A stretch of DNA of 64,000 bases from Antedon mediterranea (taxonomy: Eukaryota > Animalia > Echinodermata): contig NC_092670.1 in NCBI RefSeq assembly GCF_964355755.1, positions 37,374,388 to 37,438,387 on the forward strand, read 5' to 3'. Both the position numbers and the translations under genes were made by a program. Below the pieces are notes generated by a model. The model was given only the letters and a program-made list of their open reading frames with translations, had not been told where the DNA came from and ran no database searches. Shown here one piece after another: positions 26,591-40,200 of this stretch; within the stretch, counting starts at the first letter, position 1; every line of letters begins with the position of its first letter.

Positions 26591-27180
26591 AAATGTTATA
26601 CTTATAGTATATGGTTAAACAATTCATATTACTACTACTCTATAAAGGCCTTGAAGAAGCATGTCACTAACAATTATGATACCCTAAAAAGCTATTATTT
26701 TTAACAAAACATGAATGAAAGAATCTAAAAATAGACTTACATACACACATACAGAATCTAAAAACAAACAAACTATAATCATCTTCCTATTAATATAAAT
26801 CATAATTGATAAATAAAAAATATACATATCATTGCATCAATCGCATTGGACACTAAAATCTGTGACATCATCATGCATTCAGAATCTAATTTTAAAGTCT
26901 TAATAAAATTCTTCATTATCTTAGACGATGTCTTGATCTTAGTTCCTTAACTCCTCTCTCAATTTATTAACAGCTCCCTAATTCTTATTATCAAATACTA
27001 ACTGTATATTACATTATATTTCTATACCAAAAAAGATAAAAAACTTGAAACATATGGTTCCAAAAAAACCGAACGTGCTATGAAAGTTGTTAAAACTCAA
27101 AAGGCCTAAAATAATATAGTGTGGCTGGTGAGATTAGACCGCTGGACATCTTACTTTTACCTAATATAGAATTACAGTTT

Positions 27181-27376
27181 GGGAATCCCCACCGGAAAGC
27201 AATACACTGGGAATCCCCACCGGAAAGCAATACACTGGGAATCCCCACAGGAAAGCAATACACTGGGAATCCCCACAGGAAAGCAATACACTGGGAATCC
27301 ACACAGGAAAGCAATACATTGGGAATCCCCACCAGAAAGCAATACACTGGGAATTCCCACAGGAAAGCAATACACT
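27181..27376. repeat. 28-bp minisatellite, 7 copies
   Basis: (GGGAATCCCCACMGGAAAGCAATACACT)n. Confidence 0.95.
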
Positions 27377-28244
27377 TTTTTACAAAATAATGATCTTCAC
27401 TTCAAATTCAATGTAAATAAATTAAATGTAGGATGCCTGCTGCATATCAAGCAGAAGATGCCAGGTCGAATCTCAGTTATGGAAGCTTTTTCTAATTCTT
27501 ACAGAATAATTTCCTCATCTAAACTCATTGTTTGCTTAGATCCAGAATGTCAGTTGGTGGTTCTCTATGCCTGTCAAATGTGTACAGAGTGAAATCACAA
27601 TGACATCTTTAACATTCCCTGGTGGTTACGCATAACACTAGTAGCTTTTAAGATTTCAGATACTGTATTACAGGGCAAAAACAAACAATGGAATGCTAAT
27701 GAATGTGTAAAAAACATTCTTAAAATTAAAATTAATTAATACTATGTTTTTCTGTGTAACATATAAAACAAAATAAGTTGCGATGGTGCTGACGTGGTGA
27801 CAAACATTGTACAAGGTGAATTAGTGATTAATTATTGTAATAAATAATCACACACAAGCTAACTAAAATAAACACAAGTGGATCTTGTCTTCAAAATTAA
27901 AGGTCATAGGTCATATATTAGGTAATAAAAAAGTAGCAATAGGTTCAGTTTACTTTCTGTAAAACAATTGCAATTTAAATTTTCAACTTCAAAGTTAAGT
28001 TTTTTGACACATTCTGTGGGGAAGTGTGGAAAGAAGTGTTAGTACATTATTTTAATACCAAGACATGTTTTATTTTCTCACTCGAATTCTAAAACCATTC
28101 AACATGACAAAAATCAATCGGAACTGGTCCCAAAGATGACATTTCTGCCCTTTCACCAAAAACTGATCATTTTGCATTATAACAATAACCTTCCTACGAG
28201 AAGATTTAAAAACAATTTTTCATAGATATCATGATTAGCGCCCT

Positions 28245-31200
28245 CTACCTATGTTTCTTATCTTCACCGTTGACCGCTAGTTTCATCATATCACTGGCAA
28301 CATGTGTGTGAGCAGAACCGTTGAGTGCATTCGTGTTGTGATTTTTCTCTAGCTTCTCCTCAGTCACCTTTGTTCTTCGCTTTGGTGTGGGTAATACTAC
28401 AATGACCATTAATGCGGCAATATGTAAAAACCAGTACATTGAACTGAAAAACAGATAAAATATTCAATTAAGCTCTGTCTACACTATCACACTAATGTGT
28501 TAGTGGTATGCCTAAATATAGTAGTTATATGACATCATCGTGCCCACATATGGTCACATCAAGTTTGATAGTGTAGAAAGAGCTAAAAAAAAAAGCAGGT
28601 ATGCTTATTTAAAATGCAAAAATACAGTAAGATTTTTTATTAGTGAAAAAATGTATATAATTTTGTCAGTAATTATACCATATCCCACAGTTGATGATAG
28701 AAATTGATTGATTGTAGAAATAACTTTAAATGAAATTCTTAAAGACACTATTAAATTAACTAGTCAACCAGATGACATTAGAGAGGTTTCGCAATCTTAC
28801 GAATACGATAACGAAAACGGATACGTCACGCACACGTATTCGTTTTTTCGTAAGCCAGTAAAAATCTGTTTCGCATGGCAACGAAATATTGAGGCGCGTC
28901 CAAAATATGACTGCGGTAAATTTGAGCGAAGCGCAGGTACGTGTTGCTTGGTGCTTGGCTGCCTAGGCCTAGCGTAACATCAAAGCGAGTGAGGACTTTA
29001 AAAACTGCTATTTATCAAAATTGACTTGGCATTTAGTAAATTACTTTAGTAAATTAATTTCAATAAATCTATAATTATATAATAATCATGAATCATTCCT
29101 GATTCAAATGCAAAATGTGCAAAAATAGATCAAAAACTATACTCGTTTTGTAGTTAGGAATATGAATGGTGATATTCGTCAACACGAATACGCTTTACGA
29201 ATATGAAATGGGGATCAGCTCAAAAGTTTCACAAATGTATGACGTATCCGTTTTCGTTATCGTATTCGTAAGGTTGCGAAACCTCCCTATTAACGTTTTG
29301 CGAACAAGGGCTTCTCAAAAATCTGTTAAAAGTTATTAATTAGTATATAAAAATAACCTCAAACATTGTGAATGGCAATAAAATTATTCATTCTTGTCCA
29401 TATGACCATTGTATAAAGTTGTCTACTGTATCGAACTAGTTTGACAAAAAGGTGTGAAGTGCCCAAATATGGTAGTGATATCATCATCATGTCTATATAT
29501 GGGCACATCACATTTTTTTGTCACATAAGTTTGATAGTGTAGACAAGGCTTAAAAGTGCATTCTCGCTTTGATATACTCGACATGCTGCAAATGCAAGCG
29601 TAGAGATGAATAGCTGCAAACTGGCTTATCTGATTGGCCGACAGCAGCTTTGCGAACTAAGAATAAAGTACTTACTTAAAGTAATCTATTGTAGGTTGTA
29701 ACCTAAGGAAGGTGAATGGTGCAATGAAATAAGCAAGCGTAAGATGGGTAAAAAACCATGTTATGACGTCATAAAACTGCTTCATCCTCACAGACTTCAA
29801 AAAGTATGGACGAACTGAATATCGAACCTGCAAAATAAGAATATTTTTATGTTTTAAATTCATATTTGAGTACAAAAAATTAATAATTATAAAATATTAA
29901 TAATAACATACCACCTGCAAGACACTTATTTTTATGCTAAATATGGTTTATTGCAAATAGAGTGAGCGATTCATTATGGGAAGGAATTGGGAGCAATTCC
30001 GTCCTCCCATCATGCATCGCTCACGCTATTTGCCAGCCTAAATTTATTAGCCTGTGAATAAATAGGCCTACATTCACTTTTCAAGACAATCCCTGAATTG
30101 AATGATTTATAAAGATAATCCCTTACAGTTCATCATCAGATTGTCACTATATAAGATGCAGGTACTATAAATATTGATATATACTTATTTTCCAACATTA
30201 TAGTAACGCTTAAAACATTGAAATTATTTACAGTATTTTTAATAAACATTTATCTATTATTTGATTCAACGATTTAAACATAAATAAAACTTTTTAAGAT
30301 GATCCCTGGATCATTAATGTGGGGTTTCCCATTTTGTTGAAATTGAATAGAGTTTACTTTAAGTATTGTCATTTTTCTAAGGTAAGCCTTGGGCCTAAAA
30401 ATATAGTGTCAGCAGCACTTCTCCGCCCTTAAGTAATGCTATTGGTAATTTTAACCTTTCATTATGATGGCTGAAAACATGTGGCTCTCATATATAAATA
30501 AACCATGTTTTCAGACACTACATTACTATTGGGTACAAACAGCAGTTGGTCTGCAAAGAATTATCTCTTAAATTGTGAAAGGTGTATATATATTCCAAGA
30601 AAATTCGATAAATTTAATAAAAAAAAAAAGTGTTTAAAAAGTAGGCTACAATCATTTTGCCAATTGCTAACACACTATGAGAGTGTCATTTCTGGCTAAC
30701 TAAAGGTGCCATTTATGAATTTTCATGCAAGAGTACCATTTCCGGCAATGGGGGGCTTGGTGTGTGATTCATTCTATCTGCCACTTCGGCCCACACTGTT
30801 GGGAACCTCTGAATTATTATCAAAGGTACAAATGAGCTCTGTTAAAATTACTCTGGTATTAATTTAATTCATTAATTAATTCAATACAGAATCTACAGTA
30901 AACTTTACCTCTTCAAACCAATATTCTATACGGTGACAGAAAGATACAGTTAGATCTATAGAAGCCAATCATGACTCACCTTTGACCCTGCAGCACTGAA
31001 GAAGGCAGCAGATAGGAATGTAATAAAATAGCCAGGATAGAAGCCATGCCAGAGCGCTGACAAGATAAAGGTGAAGAGACGCTTTTGAAAGGGAACTCGG
31101 TCATAACAGCAATGGCGTAACCATATTGAACCAGTAATGTTCCAGTTTTCAATTAGTGTCTTCAAACTAGTTGCAGTCTGCAAAAACGTGAGAAAAATAT

Positions 31201-34200
31201 TTTAAATTTTTAAACGGATTCTACTTTAAAGCTCTGTCTACACTATCAAACTTTATGTGACAAAAAATGTGATGTGCCCATATATGGACATGATGATGTC
31301 ATGTCACTACCATATTTAAGCATATCACTACCAAATTTGTGCACATTTTGTTGTCACTTAAAGTTTGATGGTGTAGACAGAGCTTAAGTGTGCAGTTTTT
31401 AATGTTATGTCAGTTTGGGCAACCCAAAATTAATAGTAAGACTGCTCACAGGCTTCATTTAATATATTTGTTTCAACAAAAAAGCCTGGGGCTTCTAAAT
31501 AGTCGATGAAGTTCTATAGCTCGTAGCCAAAAGTCCCAGCTTAAATATATAACATTATATACAGTACAATGGGCTCAAATTCATAATAAAACTAATGAGA
31601 AACAAAAATAAATCAACTATATCTGCATATCAAGTAGAAGGTTCCGGGTTCAAATATCTCTCACAGATTTCCTCATCTTATCGTTTCAAATTAATTAATT
31701 AAATTTCAGTATATCACCAGGCGGTTTAGAATTAATCTTCTATGCCTATTGTGTTCATATATACAGCAAAACTAAAAAAAGTATATTTACTTCAAACTCA
31801 ACGATCTTGACGTTTGATATACCGTCCCATACTGCTCGTCCCTTTTTATCGTAACCAGAGAAACCTATTCCAGCTGCGTTGTTAATGGCATCAGCTGAAA
31901 AGACAACATAACTATTATTATTATTGTGTTATTTAATTTAATTCATTGCAACTCTATTTAGAATCAAGCTTTTGAAAAACACTATTTGTCAGGGCTTATG
32001 AGATACATATATATTATAATAAAACATTTTTATGAAGAACTGGATTTAAAGAAAATAAAAAAATCAAAATCATTAGTTATTACTCACCAAATACCCAACC
32101 AAGAAAATATTTAGACTTTGCAATTTCGATTGAAAGTAATAAATAGCCAATCTTGTATAAGAATGAACTATTATTCATGTGGACAGGATCTGTACAAAAA
32201 AAAAAACAAGTTTACAAATTAATACAGTTTCTATAACTTTTACAATCTTTTTAGACATTTTTCAAACCTCATAGTTTACACATTTTTGCTATGTAAAGCT
32301 CTGTCTACATTATCATAGTGTGACAAAAAATTGTGATTTGCCCAAATATGGTAGTGATATGCCCAAATATGGTACTGATATGACATCATCGTATCCATAT
32401 ATGGGCACATCACATAAAGTTTGATAGTGTAGATAGAGCTTAACATCCTTGTCAAATGCAGGAAATAGAAAAAACTTGATGTATTTTGATGGAAAACATT
32501 TTTTTTTTTTTTAAACTAAATGTGATTTTAGCACAATCAATGGTTGATGTATGTATTTCTTGTATACTTTAATTTTAGTTTTTAATATTTAGGCAAATTG
32601 GTAATGATAACCATGAGCGAATTCATTTACTATCCTCCCTTAAAGGTGGCAATCCCGTTGAAAATACAAACATACACAAGATTTAATATAATTTTAAAAC
32701 AGAAAAAAGAACTACCATTACAAAGCAGATTCGGATTGCATTTTCATGTTGATCTTTTAAATTAAATGTTAGCGCATTGATTGGCTAACAAATAATACTC
32801 TAACAAACCACACAGAAGTTTTTTTTTTTAATTCAGTCTAGATAGAGATGACTTCCTTCCCATGATGATTATATCTCAATATCACCAACTGACCTTATCA
32901 TTGTGAATATGACAGAAATGTTTCTAAATACACATTTGCCATTTGTTAGTGAACAGAAAATATATACAGTACATTTTCTATTTTAAAGGTAAACGTAATT
33001 ATATGCAAGTTTGTTTGTTGAGTATTTACTTAAGCTCTGTCCACACTGTCACATTTATGTGACAACAAAATACAATGTGCCCATATATGGACATGATTAT
33101 GTCATATAACTACCATATTTGGGCATATCACTACCAAGTACCATATTTGACTACATCACACTTTTTTTGTCAAACTAGTTTGATATGATACAGTAGTGTA
33201 GACAGAGCTTTAGATTTCCATAAAGTAAAATACAATATTTGAAGTAGAAGAGTTCCCAAACTGTCCTTGCTAAACACTTGAATTGATCAAATTACTGTAC
33301 TAATTACAGTTTCAATTCAATAGAAACACATGTGCCAATAAAATAACAGCTAAACAAATTTAGCTGGTAGAAAACTTGTATGAACTGGCAATTTTTAAAT
33401 CAGTAGTAGGATTTTGAAATAGGGAGGGGGATGGGATGTTGGAACAGCACCTAATGCTAAACTTTGAACTTAAACTAATATTCTGTCATTTTCTGGCAGG
33501 GGGTTGTGAGAAGAGAGGGCTCCACCTACATGTATATCTTGTATAGCTGGTAGTAAACTTGTATGAACTGGCAATTTCTGAATCAGTAGCAAGCAGGTAA
33601 AGGATTTGGCAGTAGGGAGGGGATAGGGCTGTTGGAACAGCACCTAATGCTGAACTTTGAACTTAAACTAATGTTCTGTCTTTTGCTGGCAGAAGAGGGG
33701 GGGGGGGGGTGGAGGTGGAGAAGAGAGGGCTTTCATCCAAGTATAACAATTATTTTTTTACATTTCATGTAATTGTAAGACAAAGTGTCTTTAAAATAAC
33801 AATATTAAATTCACTTACCCACATTTCCCCAAATGGGAATCTTTGGAACTAATACCACAAGGACTAGAGCAGACAAAACAGTTATAAATAGCTTGCTAAT
33901 TACTGCCCACTGAAAGATGAAAATAAAAAAACAATAAATCAGTTTGAACAAATGTTATATTAAATTGAACTCAGTTGGTAGAAAATGGTTTGCTAATTAC
34001 AGCCCACAGAAAAGAGATGGGAAAAAAACACAATAAATTTGATGAATTTCTATTAAATTGAACTTTTAGTTGGTAGTTAGGATTATAGAAGAATTAGTTT
34101 GATTAATTCCTGCATTCTAGGAAGAATAAGCAGAATCCTTGAGTTGGATACCATTTGGGGTTGACTGAATATTGAACGTAAAAAGCTGAATTTAATTGCA

Positions 34201-37200
34201 GTATAATATTTTCCAATTGAATACTGAATATACTGTATACATACGATTGAATTAAAGATGTATTTTCCCATAATTTTTTTAACATTTTTTTTTAATATGC
34301 CATTTTAATGTCACATAATAGTTATCCACATTGACCACAAATTGGATCGAAAAAAAATGTATTTACCCCAAAAAACTGTAATTTAAAGCAAAAATAGTCA
34401 ATGGGGTTTTGGTTTAATTTTTGTCATTTTATAAGTAAAAACATTATTTTTTTCTATTTTTTTCTATGGAAGTGATTATCTTTATTAAAATTACAAAATA
34501 ACCTATTAAAAGTCTGATTTAATTTTTCATGTTTATGGAGGACAATACATCTTTAAACTTAAAATTAATAATAATTTTAATTTGTCTTCATGCAGTGTTC
34601 ACATAGAAGATCATGTTAGCAAAGATCAAATTAAATTTTGAATGTGAACTTAGATAATATGTAGAACATTTATAAATCATGTACTCATTTGTACACCCAC
34701 AATGTACACTGGAGATAACAGCAGCAGCTGCTTTTAAATTATTCACAACATTTATAATTACACTTAGATGAAAATCAGAAAAAAAAATTATTATTTACTC
34801 TACAAATAGATATATCTCTTTTGTATGCAAGGCACTAAACAAACAACCAGTTCGTAGTACATTCTGTGCAGATAGCTGGAGACACAGTACAAACAATGCA
34901 TATTGACTTGGATAAATCATTGTCATTTACATAAAATTGAGGATCTGTAAAATCTAGTTTCAGGTCATACACTTGTATGTTATGAATATCAGGTTATTAA
35001 AAACATTGTAACAATAACATGCTTCTTTATTACATCATTCTAAAGCTCTGTCTATAGATACTATCAAACTCAATATGTGATGTGCCCATATATGCCAATG
35101 GTGATGTCATATCACTACCATATTTGGACACATCACACTTTTTTTGTCAAACTAGTTTGATATTGTACACAGAGCCTTAAAACAGTGGGGGTCCCAGGAT
35201 TTCCCTAACAAAGCACTGTATCTACAGTACATGCAACATGAGAAACAAACAAAAATTTAAATTTCCTGCGTTGCACGCAACTCAAGCTTTAGGGTTTCCT
35301 TAAAATAGGAGTGTCCCAAAAGAGTGTTTTTACTATTAAACCAGCAAGACATGGCCGAGTACCTACTGTAGTACTGTACTGTATATAGCAGTGTACATTC
35401 TATCAAAGACACTGTGTTCTTAAATATTGAGTTTGTTCTAAACTGCTTACCCTGGTTTGCTTACCATGCAATGTATATCAATTATCTATATTGAATATAA
35501 ATAAATAATTAAAAAAAAAATGCTACTGATATTAAATCAAAAATCATAATGTTAATGTACAATGACTGTATATTAATTACAGCTACTTGACTCATACACG
35601 TACAGTAGTATCAATACATTATAATTTGCTATACATATTAATTACAGTTACTGACTGCCTGTCTACTGCAGTGTAATTTACTTTTTTCTTCTAATATATT
35701 GTATTGTTATGCTGGCTTTATTGTAATATCATCATACAGTAATATCATCATACAGTAATATCATCATACAGTAATATCATCATACAGTAATATCATCATA
35801 CAGTAATATCATCATACAGTAATATCATACAGTAATATCATCATACAGTAATATCATCATACAGTAATATCATCATACAGTAATATCATCATACAGTAAT
35901 ATCATCATACAGTAATATCATCATACAGTAATATCAGGCCTTGTCTTTTAAGGCGAGCGAGATTGATCACTCATCCCTGAATGTATTGAGGATTGCAATT
36001 TGAACCACACCTACAATTTTGAAAAGACAAGGCCTGTAATATGGACAAAAAAACTATCTGATGGAATAAAAAAATAAATAAAAAAACCAAGCTACGTATA
36101 AACACGCAGGATTTAGTAATATAATGTAATTTAAGATTAATAGAAGAAGTTCCTTTTATGTTAATTTGTCTTTTCTAGAAATCTCAGAACCAAATACATC
36201 TTGAAGAGTTATTGTTTAACTTCCTTATAAAGTTAAGCTCAAACTATTAATTAATAATAAAAACATCACACAAGAGGTAGCAAATTTCATTTTTATGGCC
36301 CACGAAAAAAGTATTATGCAGCACATGTAGATTAATTAGCTCTTTAGTTGTAAAAATATAAGGACCTGAGGCTGTATGTTCGAATAAAATCCCTGAAAAG
36401 GGAATTGAAATAATAAGTCCTCCATTCTCCACAAACAACAAACTAATTTTAACCATTTGTAATAACTAATTATGATTCTCTGTATTACTAAATGTATTGA
36501 TATTTTTCTATTTTAATGTTTTGATGTTTTTGTGTACTTTTTATACTAATTTGATGTATAATGCAATACTTTTTCAGCTTCTGCTGCTTTTTGTATATTG
36601 TTTTTTTATACCGAAATAAATAAATAAAAGAATAGACAGGTTGTTCCCACCTGTAGTAGAATAAGCAACAGACAAGGGACAACTGATTCAGTGAAGCGAT
36701 TTAAGCCAAATCCAAAAGAACAATCTGAACAACAATCGCATGGCAGCTTCATTTGTAATACAATCAATGGTGATAGGAATGAATTGCATGTGACATTGTA
36801 ATAGATAATCATACCATAAAATAAACCACAAAGTTCGTTCACACAATCAACAATGTCAGGGCACATCATGCATGATCAACTTTTAAAATATTTTGTGTGT
36901 AAATGCGGGGTAAAAACAAATGTACTATGCAAGTATATTAACAATTTTGTATGACCTAAACATAATAAACCACAAAGAAGTGGGTTCACACAATCAACAA
37001 TGTCTGGGGATCATGCATGATCAATTAAAACATGTTTTGTGTGTAAATGTGGAGTAAAAAAAAAGTATATTAACAATTGTTTTAATAAACTAAACGTCAA
37101 TTGATTGTAAAGGTCTGTCTACAATATCAAACAGTTTGAAACTAGTTTGACAATCTATGATTAAATGTTAAGTTACACACAGCACTTTATCTTGTTTTAT

Positions 37201-40200
37201 TTAGCACAAATTAAGATGAAAATTCTAAAGAAAATAATCATCAGTATGAATTCTAAGGCATCTAGGTACAGTAATTATAAAGAGCTGTACAAATTGTTTG
37301 AATTATAAAGAAGCCCATTTGAAATCATAAGCAGCTACTAACAGATTTTATGTTAATCTCAATGAGCTTAGGCTAATTAAACTCGTTCGTTCTTCTCTAT
37401 ACTACTACATTGCTAAGTAATTTCTTTTTTATTCATTGACCTATGACCTACTGTATGGAGCTTCTTTTTACTTAAGATAAGCTGCTTGGGATCATTCTAA
37501 AGCCAACATTTAATGTAAATTTACATTAAATAATAGCAATTTAAAACCCAAACTTTGTTTGTTTTCGTTATTTATTAACAAATTATCACACCAACACAGT
37601 GTTAGTAATCACTGTTAATAGAATACCACTATTCAGGGGATATCCCTATTCAAATTGACACTTTACTATAAAATTATTAACGAGGTGCAATATTTGAACA
37701 CCAGATAACCCCTTCACTGCTATGACAACATTTATTTACAATTAAACACTGACAGACTCATCATGGAGTAATAATATAGATTACTCCATGCACCCATTAA
37801 ATACACTATTAGTATCTCCTCCTTTTGAACACCCCTATTCAGACAATATCTCTATTCAGAGGAGAATTTCCTGAAATAACCAAATTTTCCGCTAAATAGG
37901 AGTTACTGTAAGTATCTCAGTGGCCCGTAAAAGACGTAATTTTCACTATAAAATGCACTGTATTAATACTGTAAATTCTTAAATTTCAAGTCTATTTAAA
38001 ATTATACAAATAATGAATTGTATAATAGGAACAACAATCGTTTAATAGTGCGTACTACTGCATGCCATGTGACCCACATTCGTCTAATCAAAAGACAGGA
38101 ATTTATTTAGGTGTTATTATGTATGTACTGCTTATTGCACAAATTTATCAATCCATGAATTTAGAACCCCAAGCTTCCGATGACATCATTATTTTAATAT
38201 ACATGTACATACTGTAGCATATATAGTAAAATTTTAAAAAAAGAAAAGAAATGTAAAATTCATTCAATGGTTTAAAGGTAATAAGAGAAAAAGACAACAC
38301 GTACCTTCGATGACGGATCATCGTATATCACTGTGATTTCACCCTTCTCGTCCCGAATAACTTTGCGGAAATTTGAACCCTCAATAAAATGAATGTACTC
38401 TGTGAAAAAACACACTGGCCCTGCCAGAATACCCGACATACAGAATATATAACTGTAGAATTCTATTGGTGTAGGAACTTGCCTGAAAAAAAACGTATAC
38501 TGTATATAACACATAAAAAGGTAAATCGATAATAAAGTAAAACAGCCAGAAAAATTAGCAGAGCTTTCGGGCAACATTATTATAGATATATAACTGTAAT
38601 ACATTTTTACTCCAAAAAGTTTATATATCATAAGAGTTTATTTTACACATTGAAACTGCTGATTTTATTGTAGACAGTTTTAGAAAATTAATGACATTGA
38701 TACCAGGCCCTATATATAGTGAAATATAAGTACTCTGTGCATGTTCCTGTGGTTGAACTGGTAGTTAACCTACGATATTCTAGGGATGTTTATTTTCTAC
38801 CCACCTGATAATGTGGGAGTGAAATCTGCAATAAGCAAGTTCAACAATTGAATTTAAGGGTCATAGGTCGTAGGTCAGGTCATATTGAGCTTAAGTCAAT
38901 TACAATACTCACTTTGTAAGCATTTTCTTTTGAATATCATTAAGCTGTTCTTCATCTTTTGTCATACCTTTATAATGAAAAAAGAAAGAACTGATAACAG
39001 AATAAAAAAACATTAAAATACAAAGATCAAGGTCAAATAAGTTGAACTTGAAAAACAAGTAAATCGAATTTCCTCAATTTATGGTAATTTACTCATAAAG
39101 CAAAATAATAAAAACATGTGTGGTTTGTGGAAGGTTTCTTTATTATTATTTTAGCATTCGTTTTATTTGACCTTAAAAGGTTAATAAAAGAAATATATGT
39201 ACTCTATATTATTATAGGCTATAGGTTTTAGAAGTAAAATGTGTTTTATATAATATTACACAGTATACATATTTTAAAAAAGTTTTACAAAACAAAGTAA
39301 ATTATTTAAAATTCTTGTTTTAATTATTAATAGTAATTGTTAAGAGATCAATATATATCCCTCAATGGATGAAAAATACAATGGAATCATTGTAAAATTT
39401 GTTTTAAACTTGTAAACATCTGATAGACCATATTGTATTTTTTAATGATTTTGAATATTTTTAAGTTATATTATTTTGAGATTCATTCTCGGAATAACCA
39501 GCCCATATTTGGGCACATCAGAGTAGTTTGATAGTGTAGACAAAGCTTTACACACATATTATGAAGCCTCTTAATAACCACATAGTACATTTAATGATCA
39601 TTGCTTTTTAGGACATTCTTGGTTAATAATTATTATGCAAGCATTTATACAAAATCTAGACAACATTTGACACAGTAATAAGAAAAAACCTTTGAGTAGT
39701 CTCATAAAGCACATAAAATAGTTTGCAACAACTATGAAATTATCAGCATGCATTAAGCTCTGTCTACACTATGAAACTAGTTTGACAAATAAAGTGTGAT
39801 GTGCCCAACTATGGTAGTGATATGCCCAAATATGGTAGTGATATGATATCAGCATGTCCATATATGGGCACATCACATTGTTTTGTCACAACATAAAGTT
39901 TGATAGTGCAGACAGAACTTTAGATGTTATTTAAAAATAAAACCTAATGAAAAAAAAAATTGATGTCATTAAAAAAGCCTAGCTTCATGCTTTTGTAAGT
40001 AAATTTAATTTGGTATGTAGTAGCTATTTTATAAAGGTAGTATAATCAATGTTAGTCCTTACCATCGTGTATGCTATAACCTAAACTTCCTAGCTTCATT
40101 GTCAACATCATTAGTGGTCTAAAAAAAAGAAGAAATTAGGTACAAATTGTAAAGAAATTCAAAAATATTTAATCCTCTCAATGTAGTTCAGATGTTGACA

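Noticed and set aside
27090-27592. Overlapping ORFs on both strands
   Set aside because: Produced by the 28-bp minisatellite.
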